Below, one piece after another: positions 51,407 through 63,533 of a stretch of 64,000 nucleotides of DNA. Within the stretch, counting starts at the first letter, position 1, and each line of letters opens with the position of its first letter. The notes beneath the pieces were generated by a model. It was not told the origin of the DNA, did no database searches, and was given only the letters and a program-made list of their open reading frames with translations. Made by a program: the position numbers and the translations under genes. The stretch is taken from positions 248,001-312,000 of the forward strand of contig JASANG010001546.1 of the NCBI GenBank assembly GCA_030248215.1. The letters are read 5' to 3'. This stretch comes from Enoplolaimus lenunculus. Lineage: Eukaryota.

Positions 51407-51806
51407 TAAGAATTCTTAAATTAAGGAATTTTCAAATTAAGGAATTCTTAAATTAAGGAATTCTCAAATTAAGGAATTCTTAAATTAAGGAATTCTCAAA
51501 TTAAGGAATTCTCAAATTAAGGAATTCTTAAATTAAGGAATTCTTAAATTAAGGAATTCTTAAATTAAGGAATTCTTAAATTAAGGAATTCTTAAATTAA
51601 GGAATTCTTAAATTAAGGAGTTCTTAAATTAAGGGATTCTTAAATTAAGGAATTCTTAAATTAAGGAATTCTTAAATTAAGGAATTCTTAAATTAAGGAA
51701 TTCTTAAATTAAGGAATTCTTAAATTAAGGAATTCTTAAATTAAGGAATTCTCAAACTAAGGAATTCTCAGATTAAGGAATTCTCAAATTAAGGAATTCT
51801 CAAATT
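51407..51806. repeat. 16-bp minisatellite (AAATTAAGGAATTCTY) x about 25
   Basis: Highly homogeneous tandem array. Confidence 0.97.
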
Positions 51807-52109
51807 GAAAGTTTCAAATTGTACCTTTCGTACACTTCCTCTCACATTTAAGATGAATGCTTTTAGGTTTAAAGCTTAGGTTAAGGTTAAACTTTTAAGA
51901 CAAACGTTGTTGGTTTAGGATTAGTGAACTTTTTTCGAAACCAAAACTATGAATAAACCTGGGTGTATAGCGCAAATTGGAATATAGATTTGTAAGCATT
52001 TACTCATACCTGACTTGAACGGTTCGTATTAGTGTTACTATTTACATTACAAGTTGTTTGTAAGTAAAGGTGAGATATACAGTATTTTTCGTAGATATTA
52101 ATTCGTTTA

Positions 52110-52217
52110 GGGTGGCGTTATACTTGTGATGCGGATGCGTCCGTCACCGTCCGTCGCCGTCCGTGTGACGTACGGTGACGGACAATGCCGAACATCATTC
52201 AAAGTATAGCGTCACCC
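52110..52217. mobile_element. Tourist/PIF-like GC-rich MITE family I (others at 18675-18829, 26806-26911, 37505-37747, 59647-59896)
   Basis: TTA|GGGTGGCG(C/T)TATACTT ... AAGTATAGCGTCACCC|TAA with internal CCGTC repeats. Confidence 0.8.
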
Positions 52218-53054
52218 TAATAATAGTGTGAGTTTTTCTTAGTGGGGCAAAAAAATTAGCTGGGTGCATCGAATCTTTAATTAATCGAAATACTTAAAAA
52301 CAAGCGGAAACGTGCGCTCGAACTCACGACCTCCTGGTTCAAAATCTCACCTATTGACCACTGAACTATAGGCAGCCCGTCTATCCAGCACTTTATAACG
52401 TCTGTTTATGTTATATGATTTTCGTTTAAATTTAAAAACCATTTTTGGTTTTAAATAATTGTTTCCAAAAAATTTAATATTTTATCATTTCGGTAAATCA
52501 TTGAAACAAATTACATTCTAAAACTTTTCCGTAGATTTCGTTGTCTACAGCCGAAAATTTAAAAATTTAGAAATTTAGGGTCCTGATCAAGTACAAGTGG
52601 ATACCAAAACTTGTGAAAATACCTTAAAATAATAGTTATTTTTCTACAAATATTTCGTGTTTTTCTCAATTCGTTCCGAATCAATTAAGGTTTGCCACTA
52701 CAATAAAGGCTGATTCTAAATTTGAGCCCATGTTTGTACTGCCGTGTAATTTAGAACTTTTCTCACTGGTTCTAATGTATACTTTTTTGCAAATTTTAAA
52801 TTTTCGTTTTAAGAAAAAAAAACTATTTTTTCTTATTTTACAGTCGTGTATTACGCAATTTCAATGTTGTTTTTGACCTTTTATCACCGTGTTTGATCGC
52901 TTGAGATTCAAACTGCAGCAAGGTTATCTTTGAAAATTTTTTTACCCAAATTGTTTATATTTCAAATTTAAGATTCTAATCAAGAGACCAATTTATAATG
53001 TTTGTTTTCGGATTTCGAACATTTTTTAGAGATTTTTTTTCGTTATTTTGGCAG

Positions 53055-53082
53055 TTCACAGGTTATCCAAACTAATGAGTTG
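53055..53082 (+). CDS. Candidate 28-nt exon of Jupiter-like gene (HRLSKLMS; alternative ATG at 53075)
   Basis: TTTTGGCAG acceptor, TG|GTTTGT donor; phase-2 end matches 54448. Confidence 0.45.
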
Positions 53083-53168
53083 GTTTGTGCCTCAGTCGAC
53101 ATTAAATATAAAATCTAAAATCAACGGTTAAAATGCTAAAATGTCAATTTTAATTTTATTATGACTTC

Positions 53169-53406
53169 GGCTCATGTAAAGATCAGGGGCGGAACGTTTT
53201 TCTGTGGGACTGCAATAGAGTAAGCTTAAGCTTTAGACTCACTTTTTGCTTGGCTTAGGTTTAGGCTTAGGCTTAGGCTTTAAGGATATGCTCATTCTTA
53301 CGCTTACGCTTACGCTTAAGTTTGGGCTTAGGAATATGCTCATTCTTACACGCTGGCTTAGGCTTAGGCTTATAATGCGGTTGCGCCCCTGTTCTTTACA
53401 TTGGCC
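53169..53406 (+). mobile_element. Family B MITE
   Basis: TSD ATGACTTC/ATGATTTC. Confidence 0.9.
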
Positions 53407-54447
53407 ATGATTTCTCAGAAATGTTCGATTTTCTCAGTTTTTTCTAAAATTTAATATTAATTTTCTGTTGTTTTTTGGTGTTTTTTAATCATTGACTCTC
53501 TCCGAAATAGGCTCTACGGGAAAACACAAGCTGAGTCATGTTCGACTCCGTCGAAGTCAAACGTGCAAATAAGTGAGTCGAATTTGACTCTGGCGGAGTC
53601 AACTTTGACTCAGTTTGTGTAGTCCCGTGGAGCCTATTTCAGATGAAATCAATTTGACACACCAGTTTTGCAGTGCTCCGTTTTTAGGAGTTGATGTTGC
53701 TGCGATTAGAGTAGTTTAAACTTAAAATATGAAACTTTAAAGTTTGACTAAAGTTTTAGGGCATATTTATGAAATATAACCAGTAACTTAATAAATATCA
53801 ACGTTAACAATCTTTTGAATTTAAATAGCTCACAGTTTAATTAATTCAATCTCAGTGCTCAAATAAATTCCGGCTTCGTTGAACTATGAATACAGAACCA
53901 GATCGGTTTTTTCGTGAAAATTTTTCGCCAAAAGGGTAAAATATTATTTCAGTTGAACCAAGAGTGGATAGTGTTTACATAAACAAGAGTATGCAACTGG
54001 AAACATTCTGTATGTGAAAAATGTGGCTTTATTTTGAAGCTGACATATTTGAAATTCGAAATTTATAAGATCTGTCAGCAATTAGTGATAAATGCTACAC
54101 ACTTTTGAGAATATAATCATTACTGTTGTCTGAACTCAAGAATGTGCCCTTAAATGGTTATAGTCGTTTACCGTCTGTCCCATTTTGTATCATTTTCAAT
54201 TCAACCAGCTCATGTCTGTACAAGTATACGCGTTCAAATTCGTTATTTTCAATGGATGTTTGAAAATACTATTTTTTAAACTCTTTCTCTTAGGACATTC
54301 AGTTAGAAATAATAGCCTAAATTTTAGAAATTATAGTTTTCCCACGGTCCCAAACTAGTACGTTGTGTACACAAGTAGTATATTTCAAAATATGAATTTT
54401 TGTCACATTGGAAATTTTCAATTTAAAAAATAAATTTTAAATTTTAG

Positions 54448-54541
54448 CAAAACTCGAAATCCAAGCCTCGACTCGCCGCACGTACCGTACACGGAAGTGT
54501 TTGGCAATCCTGAAGGCGCCGTCAATCAAAGTCCTCGAAAA
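54448..54541 (+). CDS. Jupiter: Exon of Jupiter-like gene (KTRNPSLDSPHVPYTEVFGNPEGAVNQSPRK)
   Basis: ATTTTAG acceptor, GC-rich open frame, AAA|GTAATG donor, phase-0 end. Confidence 0.7.
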
Positions 54542-55035
54542 GTAATGGATCACATACTTTGTAGTAGACTTTATTAAATGTTATACAAAAAAATTCAAAA
54601 TTTCGTTTATATTTCCGCCTGAGCCCTGGCAGGCAAGAATTGTACCAGAAAATTTACGCAAACGCAAAAAAACTGTGGGAGCCAAATTTTTTCCTAGGTT
54701 GCCTAAAAGTTTCAGTCTCGGCAACGATCTCTACATCGTGGGAGGCATCCGGCACCCTCGTAATTGCAATGAGGCCTTGTTCGTGGGTAAACTGCAAGAT
54801 CTTAAAATTCCTTAGAAAACTAGAGACATTTGGGTTCACCCGATCTTGTCTGACTATCGTTTGAATGTGCTGATTTCAACAATAAGTTGCTTAAAAAATT
54901 TAGCAATAATTGGTAGAATGCAAAACTGCGAATATAATCTTGTTTGCAAAATTTTTAGCTGTCACTAAAAATTGGATTTGCTGCGGGCGTAAGTCACGCA
55001 GAACAATCTAGAAACATATTTTTAAAGTTTTATCA

Positions 55036-55502
55036 AGAAAATGTGAATTTTGAAAAATCAATTACAAATTTCAAAAAGCAGTTTTTTTAAAATGAACGGA
55101 AAAACTTTCGAATTTTAAAAAAATTGTAAAATTTCAGAAAGCAGTTTTACAAATTAACCGAAGAAACTTTGAATTTTTAAAAGTTGTAAAAAATTTCAGA
55201 AAACAGTTTTATAAAATTAACAAACAAATTGAATTTTAAAAAATTATTCCAGAAAGCAGCTTTTTAAAATGAACTGAAAAAAATTTCGAATTTTTGTAAA
55301 TGAAATTTCAAAATTTTTAAATTAACAGAACAAAAAATTTTAAACTTTTAAAAATTGTCAAATTTCAAAAAGAAGTTTTTTAAAATGAACAGAAAAAATT
55401 TGAATTTTAAAAAATTGTAAAATTTCTGAGGGCATTTTTTGTTTAAAATTAAGACAAAAAATTTTAAATTTTTAAAAATTATCAAATTTCAGAAAGCAGT
55501 TT
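55036..55502 (+). repeat. About 60-bp minisatellite x about 8, overlapping an exon acceptor
   Basis: Unit approximately AAATTTCAGAAAGCAGTTTTTTAAAATGAACAGAAAAAATTTGAATTTTAAAAAATTGT. Confidence 0.85.
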
Positions 55503-55691
55503 CACCTCGTCGATTTGATAGCACCAAAGACCGGCTATTTGGAGGCCCGGACGATTCGCCACGCCGCTGCCGGATAACAGACACTGTTCGTTCGAATGTA
55601 TTTGCAGCGGCCGAAGCAACCAATAATGTCACCACCGGCAGGCAAGATTCACTTCCGAATACGCCAAAGAAAAAAGTCCTCGGCCGATTAA
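55493..55691 (+). CDS. Jupiter: Exon of Jupiter/HN1-like microtubule-associated protein (DSTKDRLFG, SNVFAA motifs)
   Basis: TTTCAG acceptor, A|GTAAGG donor; motifs resemble the recalled Drosophila Jupiter DSHSRLFG and SNIFAA. Confidence 0.72.
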
Positions 55692-56753
55692 GTAAGGCTG
55701 TATATTTTTAACATGGGCGCCGCCCGAATATTGGACTGAGATGTGCCACTGAGATTCATGCGATAGTATTCGACATATGCCGCTGAATATACAAATCAGT
55801 ATCATTTTTATTTTATACGTCATCCTATTATGGGCTCCAATCCCGAGGGGGGCCAAGGTCTGCCCCCATTTTTTGAATATAAATCCTTGTGGGCGTTTTT
55901 GACCCCCCTCATTTATAAAAGACAAAAAATTGACGGGTTTATCTATATTAATGAATCGGACCCCTTGTTTGAAGACACATTGGCGCACATGCTACTTATA
56001 ATGAAAGTGTTTAAAAAATCCAAGGGGGTACATCTGTATTTTTATGCTAAATATAAAATGAATTAACCAATATGAAGTCAAATAATTAACGTGAAGACTC
56101 CCCCCTAAAGTCAATATGAGGGAGCCTCAAAGTCAAACATACCTTGTCCCCCTGTACAACTTCATTATAAGTCCTGTATGCTTTACTGACCAATCCAAAA
56201 TCTGCTCTGGGTTTGGTGAAAAATAGGTCAGTCGCGGATCCATGGAATCCTGATGCGCAAGGATATATTTTGTGTTGCGAAATTTTAAACTTTAAAATCG
56301 CATTTTTAATCGAATTTTTAATATTAAAACATTTCTCATTTTTGCTGAAGACGGAAAAAATTTTGAATTCCTGATATGACTTCGCCATATTTTTCTCCTG
56401 TGTGGCTACAGAACGTACTGTGAGGTTGAAATAAAAATTTTACACTGCAAAAATGGCAGCTCAGCAGAGTTGGGGGTACATTATCGTCCCGTACGGATCC
56501 GACGCTAAGTACTGACAGTAACTATTCGACAAGTGAAGCGTGCGAGTAACCAAACCGATTTTCAGCATTGAATCCATGAGTTTGAACCGGGTCCGTATGA
56601 GGGAATAGCTATTAAACTACAACGTTGAAGCAAACAAGCATTATAATAGAGAGCCAACCATTCCGTATTTTCGCGAGCGAAGCGTACCAGAAAATAATTT
56701 ATTCAAACAAATTAAAAATTTGATACAAAATATGCTTATTTTTTCTATTTCAG

Positions 56754-56992
56754 ATCGAAATCCTATAACTGGTGAAATAATCTGTCAAATCGATGGGGCT
56801 TGCAACGGTCATGGATGCGACAGTTACGCCGCGAACGAAGCTCAACATCCATCCAGAGCCGGATCCGGTGAGCATCCGGTTTTAAACGGCCACGCGGCGT
56901 TCAATGGTCACATCACGATGAATGGAGACATTATGACTGCGGTAACCAACGGACATGGATATGCAAATGAGTCCGATGCTAATATTAGATGA
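56754..56992 (+). CDS. Jupiter: Terminal exon of Jupiter-like gene (RNPITGE...NGH repeats...DANIR*)
   Basis: TATTTCAG acceptor, phase-1 compatible; NPITGE resembles Jupiter NPVTGE; TGA at 56990-56992. Confidence 0.75.
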
Positions 56993-57014
56993 CTTTGAAA
57001 TAGTTGTTTTTGTA

Positions 57015-57236
57015 AGCCTGTATTCTCAAATGAGTATAGCAATTATCATCAGTTAGTAATAGGTTTTCAAACTCACAAACTATTACATTTGTGGCACTCA
57101 AAATTGGTACAGGAGCAGAGCAAATCCTATTGCGTAAAATGTGCTGAATCTTAAGCCCCAGTAATCACTGGTTCGAAAGTTATAAGACCTATCGCCAACT
57201 GGTCATAGATGCTACACACATTTGAGAATAGGGGCC
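57015..57236 (-). mobile_element. Family A MITE just after the Jupiter-like stop codon
   Basis: TIRs AGCCTGTATTCTCAAATG / CATTTGAGAATAGGGGCC. Confidence 0.85.
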
Positions 57237-57809
57237 ATAGCAAAAAGTGAATTTAGTTTAGTAATCTTAGACACAAAAACTACATTTGGGATATCTCATT
57301 TTATCACCAACGTGTGTTTAAGAGCGTATATATAAGACGAGGAATAGAAGGGACATATCTGTGACGGAAATTTCTGGAGAGACAAGAAAAAGCACTCTCT
57401 AAGGGCTGTATATCGTCCTGACTGCTAGAAACTCTGATGTAATTTTCAAAGCCCACAATTCACTCATGAATTTGGTTAACTGAACCTTAGCCTAAGCCTA
57501 AACCTAAGTGTAAATATAGGGAAAAGGGTACAAGAAGGCTTCTTGACCTAATCACAAGTTTTAGGCAACATTGCAAATGTTAGATCGTGGGTTGGCTTTT
57601 TGTGTTGAATAGAATTTTGGGAAAATTTTGATCTTTGAACATTTGAGTTATTCTTGCAATGAGTCCTGTTTGATTTATTTTGAATTTTAAGTTTTTTGAA
57701 AACTTTGTCAATTTGAAACCCAAAAATTTATTTTGAACAAAATTTCCGTTTATATATTTGTGGTGCTTTATGTCAAGTGTGTGATGCGTATGTGAATATT
57801 CAACTGTTA

Positions 57810-58019
57810 CGCTGCAAAAAATGATGAGCCAAATTGATTTTCTCCGAAATAGGCTCTACGGGACTATACAAACTGAGTCAATTTCGACTCCGCCAGAGTC
57901 AAACGTGCAACTACGTGAGTCGAATTTGAGTCCGGCGGAGTCGAATTGGACTCAGTTTGTGCAGTCAACGTGGAGCCTATTTCGAAGACAGTCAATTTGA
58001 CTCACCATTTTTTGCAGTG
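57810..58019. mobile_element. Palindromic MITE family H, CACTG termini, TA TSD (others at 37145-37309, 53491-53675, 60326-60481)
   Basis: Long foldback CACTGCAAAAAATGGTGAGTCAAATTGACTCTCTC. Confidence 0.85.
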
Positions 58020-61000
58020 TAACAAACCGTGTCAAAAACGTTATTTTAAATGCTTTTCTCGTTTCAAACTGAAATAAACATTGCAATGCATTGATTGAGC
58101 ATCAAATCAAAGCGCTAATGTTTCGTCGCCTTAAAGCCAGCAGCCAACGGTCGGTTTTAGGGAAATTAAAATTTTTCCATAGGGGCTTATATGAATTTGA
58201 GATTACCTACAAGCGGGGCAGAAACGTTTCTAAGGGAATGCAAATCCGTTCAAGATTGGTGGACTGAGTCCATCCTGGCATGGGGCCCGCGTATCATTTT
58301 AAAACCATGGTTTAGCATAAATATTAGCACATTTTTTACAACAACGAGAGAAGGGTTACGTATTTTTGACACGATTCCTAATTTGGATATTTTGTGACAT
58401 TTGTTGCATTCCTATGTGATTGCAGTGGCAATTAAGCTAATTTTAATATGGTTGTAACCTATAATAACAAATATTAATATTCTATACATTGAATATTATC
58501 ACTGGTTCTAATACGGAACATTTTGTTGACACGAAAAATACAATTATTTTAAACATTGTAAATTTCAGTGAGTTGATTTTAATTCAGAATGAGTTGAATC
58601 CACTCAGAACTTTGAGCTCTGAATTAGGTCTTTAGAACTGAAAATTCTTAATTGATTGAACTCATTCTGAGAATATAAAATTAAGGAAAAATAAATTTTG
58701 CAAATATCAAATTCAAGTACATTGACTGATAATTTAGTGGATTTTTCTTTCATTAAAGTATATAACTTTAAGCCTGTACTTAATATATTATAATTTACTA
58801 TCGGTTTATGGTTAAATAATATGCCGCTAGCAAAGTATGAATACTTCAGCCTAAACACGCATCTAAGTCTAATCCTAAGCCTAAGCGAATGCCAACAATT
58901 CCAACGGTTTATTTGAAAACTTGCGTTTTCCACGAATGATTTTATTAATATTTATACATTTATAAAAAGCGTTGTGTATTTGTGAATTAATGTATTTTGT
59001 ACCTATATGCAGTATGGATCCGAGATCCGTGGCCAGCCCACGACCTTAGCCAGGTCAACCTGCTTTCGGGATAAGACCAAATTTAAGAGAGGCATGCGGT
59101 TGAAATAACATGTGTACAAGAATGGCTAAAACATTTCTAAGGGACAAAAGGCTTTCTATTGGCACTCAGACACCCTGGCCCTCGTGGTTATGGGCCTGAC
59201 GTCAGCTGTCTCTAAAGTTGGTCACTGTTTGCACGGTTTACGCAAGTTATTGTCAAAAAACTGTTTATTCTTAGTTTTCATCAATACTTTACAATTAAGA
59301 TTCGTATAGCCAAATATGCAAGATTATGAATGAATTTAAGCGTAAATACAGCTTTAGTTAATCTAGAAGGTTAGTTTAACGCTGCTGGATTAGCTTAAGC
59401 TTAAATAAAGTTCGTTTAAACAATGACTCGTGTACCCATAGGGCGCTGTGGTCACATCCTATAAGAGAAAAGCTTCTATAATTTCTCTCATTTAATCATA
59501 TGTTATTAATAGTTGTGTTTAAATTCGCTTATTTCGCTATCCGATATCGCTTTGTTATTTATTCTGCACTTTACCATAACGTTGTTTTTGCTTGATTCTA
59601 ACTGATACCACAGTTACAAAGATTCGCCCGGTTCTAGGAATCTTATGGATGGCGGCATATATACTTTTGATGACGGCATATTTACTTTTGAGGGCGGCAT
59701 ATTTACTTTTGATGACGGCATATTTACTTTTGAGGGCGGCATACTTTTGATGCCGCCCGACGTCATCCGTCACCGGTCGGCGCCGTTCGGCACCGTACCA
59801 CAACGCACGTGTATTGCCCCATGGCACATAACTTAATTTTGCAAGCCAAAATATTATTTTGGCTTTTGGCGACGGACGAAAAGTATAGCGTCACCCGACC
59901 TTTTTCCCAAATAGAATTATAAGTCTACTATTTTAGACACCCATTAGAAACCAGGACGGCCCTAAAAGTAACACGGGCCCTGAAAATAGTACTGACGAAT
60001 TTTAGTTACACCATTATGTCGAAAATTCCAGTTCGACAATGTTTTCCAATTTGAACATAGCGAAAATATAAAGAAACCCTGACCTTCGGTAAATCAAATT
60101 CAGTTTACTCGGCTTTGTTATTAGAATTTGGTCCAAAATATAATTTTTGTATATTAAGAATAAGTATATTTACTAAATTTCAAATATTAAATATTTGACA
60201 TACACTTTTATTTGCAGAATAATACAGTACGCAATTTTGAACAATTATTACACGTATAGACAGTACAAAATTAGCCCAACTGTGAGCGCCAGCTTGAACC
60301 AAAGTTGTCGAATTCAGTGCTTTTACACTGTAAAAAGTGGGGAATCAAATTGACTCTCTCGGAAATAGGCTTTTCCTGACTGCACAAACTGTGTCAAATT
60401 TGACTACGAAAAAGTCAAATTGGACTCACTGAGCGAGCCTGTTTCCGAGAGAGTCAATTTGACTCACCATTTTTTGCAGTGTAGCCTTTGATGGCTGAAT
60501 TTCAAACAAGGTTGTCATTTTCTCATTGAACATTTTGAATATATAATTGTGATTCGAAAAAATAATTCTTCAACCATTATTTCAATTTAAGATTTGTCGC
60601 GAAATCTTAAAGAATAATTTTGTTGTGAGTTGTGTGTAATGTTTCACTTTTACTTTTAAATAAACTTTGTGTTTCAACGTTGTGCTCATCAAAAGCGCCA
60701 CAGTTGTAAATATTTCACCAAACACTGCGTCGAAATTAGCGTAAAAATTAAAATTAACCAACTGACAAAATTCAAATTTGGGAATCGAATGATCAGGTGA
60801 GCTAGTAAAAAGCTCAAAAATAGCAAAAATTTTCAAAATCTAACCAGTTTTGGGCAAATGTCGGCTGGGGTGGTGGATAAATCGAAAACACCCACAAGCA
60901 ATTTTACGCTATATCTGAAGATTTCATAATCTATAATAACTGTCAGGTATGAACATGGTCACCTCGTGTTCACTGTATCCACGGCTTATGTATAGAACAA

Positions 61001-61424
61001 CCCCGGATCGTTTTCCGGAGTGGCCATAATAGAGTCAGTTTAAGCTTTAGACTCATTTTTTAGCTTAGGATTAGGCTTAGTTGTAGGAATAGGCTCATCC
61101 ATACGCTTAGGCTATTAGGTTTTGGCTTCGGAATATGTTTATACTACTGTTCCGGCCCTGTTCTATATATGGGGCGTATCCGCCAATGCCAAAACAGTTT
61201 TAACATTCATTAAATATCAGTATTAAGCCAACTTAATCATTATTTTTGGTAACCAACAAATTTAGGCGTATAATATGGTGTGTTTTGCCCTGCAGCCTAC
61301 CGGATATAATTGAACTGTTTGCTTATTCAAACATTATATCAACCGGAAAATTGTGTTTTTATTGTACGGTGCTCTCAAACAAAGGGGGCATAATATAGGA
61401 CTTAATTGGTCATCTCTGTTCAAG

Positions 61425-62882
61425 CACGGGTCGTATTAACTGTAGTATAAGCATAGTGTTAAGCTTAAACTTAAGCCGAAACAAAAAAATAGTCTAAAGT
61501 TTAAGCTTACGCCATAGCAGTATCGGCCAATGTAAAGAACAGGGGCGGAACAGTATTATAAGTATATTCCTTAGTGTAAGCCTAAGCCTAAACCTAAGCC
61601 AAGCAAAAAAGTAGTCTAAGGCTTAAGCTTACTCTATTCTTGTGTCACAGAAAAACGTTCTGCTATGTTCTTTATATGGGCCGCAGTACCATGCAAAAAC
61701 AGCTTGCCCCAGATTTATGCATGGGTCAAGACTTGAGGTTTAAACTGGGTCCATATCTTGGCCCAGGACCACGACCGCCAACCAGAGACACGGTTTGAAT
61801 TAGGAGATTATCGGCGTAAATCTATTGAAGGCAAAGTTTACAAAAAATCGCAGAAAACAAAATATTTGACCGATTTAAACTCTAAAAGTAATTATTAATG
61901 TCAATTTTGTATTTCTGTTCAGAGCAGCTCACAAGCCCTAAACCGCAAACTGATTTTGATTGGTTGTTCTTTGTTTGCATTTGTTCGAGACATCGGCCAA
62001 TGCAAAAATCAGGAGCGGAGAGTTTTCCTGTGGTACTAGAATAGAGTAATCTAAAGCTTTAGACAATTTTTTGCTTGGTTTTAGGCTTTAGGCTTAGGCT
62101 TAGTAATACGCTTATAATACTGTTCTGCCCCTGTTTTTTTTACATCAGCCGAAACATCTGAATTGAGAAATCTCTAAACTGTACTTGCCTGAATGCTATT
62201 TTATGTACATAATTAAATAAATTTATTCCTAAGCGTTTAAAAGCCTAATTCAAAACATAAAACGAAACAAATTTTAAATTTATTAATAAAGTAACCTAAA
62301 ACAAAAGCCTTTAAAAATTAATTACCTCCCTATTGATCAATCAAGCCTAATCAAACCTAATTATTCTCACCCGAAATCAACAGTTTACACTTGCCAGTAG
62401 CCAGCTTAACTGGGTTACAAATTTATGGCCCAAGTAAACATCTCTGTGGGTCTTCAATAGAGTTAGCTTATGCTGTAGACTATTAGAAATTTTGGGCCTA
62501 TGTAAAGATCAGGGGCGAAACGTTTTTGTGTTGGACTGCAATAGAGTAAGCTTAAGCGTTACGCTAAATTCTTAAGTTCGACTCAGGTTTAGGCTTAGGC
62601 TTTGGGTATAAGCACAATGTTACGCTTAGGCTTAAAATTGTGCTATACTCGCCGCGCACCGTCGCACGTGCGGCCGCACGCTGTCGGCCGCCTATGCACG
62701 GCGCTGTAAAACTTTATTAAAAATTACCGCACGCCGGTTTGCGGCGGCATGCGGCAGTGTGCGGCAGCGTGCGGCAGTGTGCGGCAGCGAGCAGCGGCAT
62801 CCGGCTTGGTAAACTATAGGACAACCATTAGGCTTGGAAATATGCATATACCAATGTTACTGGTCTGTTTTATACATTGGCC
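61425..62882. mobile_element. Cluster of family B copies: 61525-61682 nested in an older B, 61995-62150, and 62495-62882 hosting a family I-like insert at about 62635-62827
   Basis: TSDs GCAGTATC/GCAGTACC and GAGACATC/GAAACATC. Confidence 0.8.
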
Positions 62883-63321
62883 TAAATTTCGATCATTCGC
62901 ACACGTGAAGATATACCGTAGCAATAATCGGGTTAAAACAATTTCAACACAAACTCAAACATTCCAAGGAGCGTTGTACCCGTTCCCTAGTGATCCCAAC
63001 GGATCCGGAACTGGATTTTGTTGTAGTTATTTTTGTATCAACCAATCAGGCAATAAATTAGATTAAAACATGTGCTGGTTTAGGTTTTCGACAAATTGCC
63101 TGATATAACTAGCGCATGAAAATCAACAAAACCTAATAACTCTGGGTGATTATGAATAATACATCATCGTTGCATATCAGCTATTGACCAGTATACACGA
63201 ATTACGCAAATTACCTACGTTTAGGTGTGTTCACAGCCCGGAAACCGATTGCTTCAAAAGAAGGGGGTATCACTAGCATATAGGTTGCACCCCTGCAAAA
63301 TTAATTTCGCGTTTCAAAAAC

Positions 63322-63533
63322 CAGATCCACGTCGGCGGATATCTTGAACTTTATTGGTTCAGTGTATTTTTGCAAACTAAATTCAAATTTGAACAGTTCG
63401 AGTACTTCGTCGCCTACGTTCGTATGGTTGTATCTACCGTGCGTGCTTCGAATAAGCTTAAATGCACCACATATAACTTGGATGGCATTAGCTACGCGAA
63501 AAGGGTACAACTCGGACCCCCGTCTCGGGTTCC
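63322..63533 (-). CDS. Possible exon of a minus-strand gene; weak resemblance to the C-terminal part of an ANF-receptor/Venus-flytrap domain
   Basis: TTTGCTTCAG acceptor, about 70 open codons (YPFRVANAIQVICGAFKLI...GDEVLELFKFEF...IKFKISADVDL), possible CTG|GTTTTT donor or read-through to TAA at 63301. Confidence 0.4.

Noticed and set aside
51407..51806. CRISPR-like regular array
   Set aside because: Units are head-to-tail with no unique spacers, no cas genes are present, and the context is eukaryotic.
52844..52922. Exon encoding an SRVLR Jupiter-like N-terminus
   Set aside because: No PPGG follows and all three frames hit stops; at most a non-coding exon.
63215..63292. Minus-strand exon following 63322
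   Set aside because: It would need a 29-nt intron, and the acceptor coincides with a CAGGGGTGCAACC hAT-like terminus.
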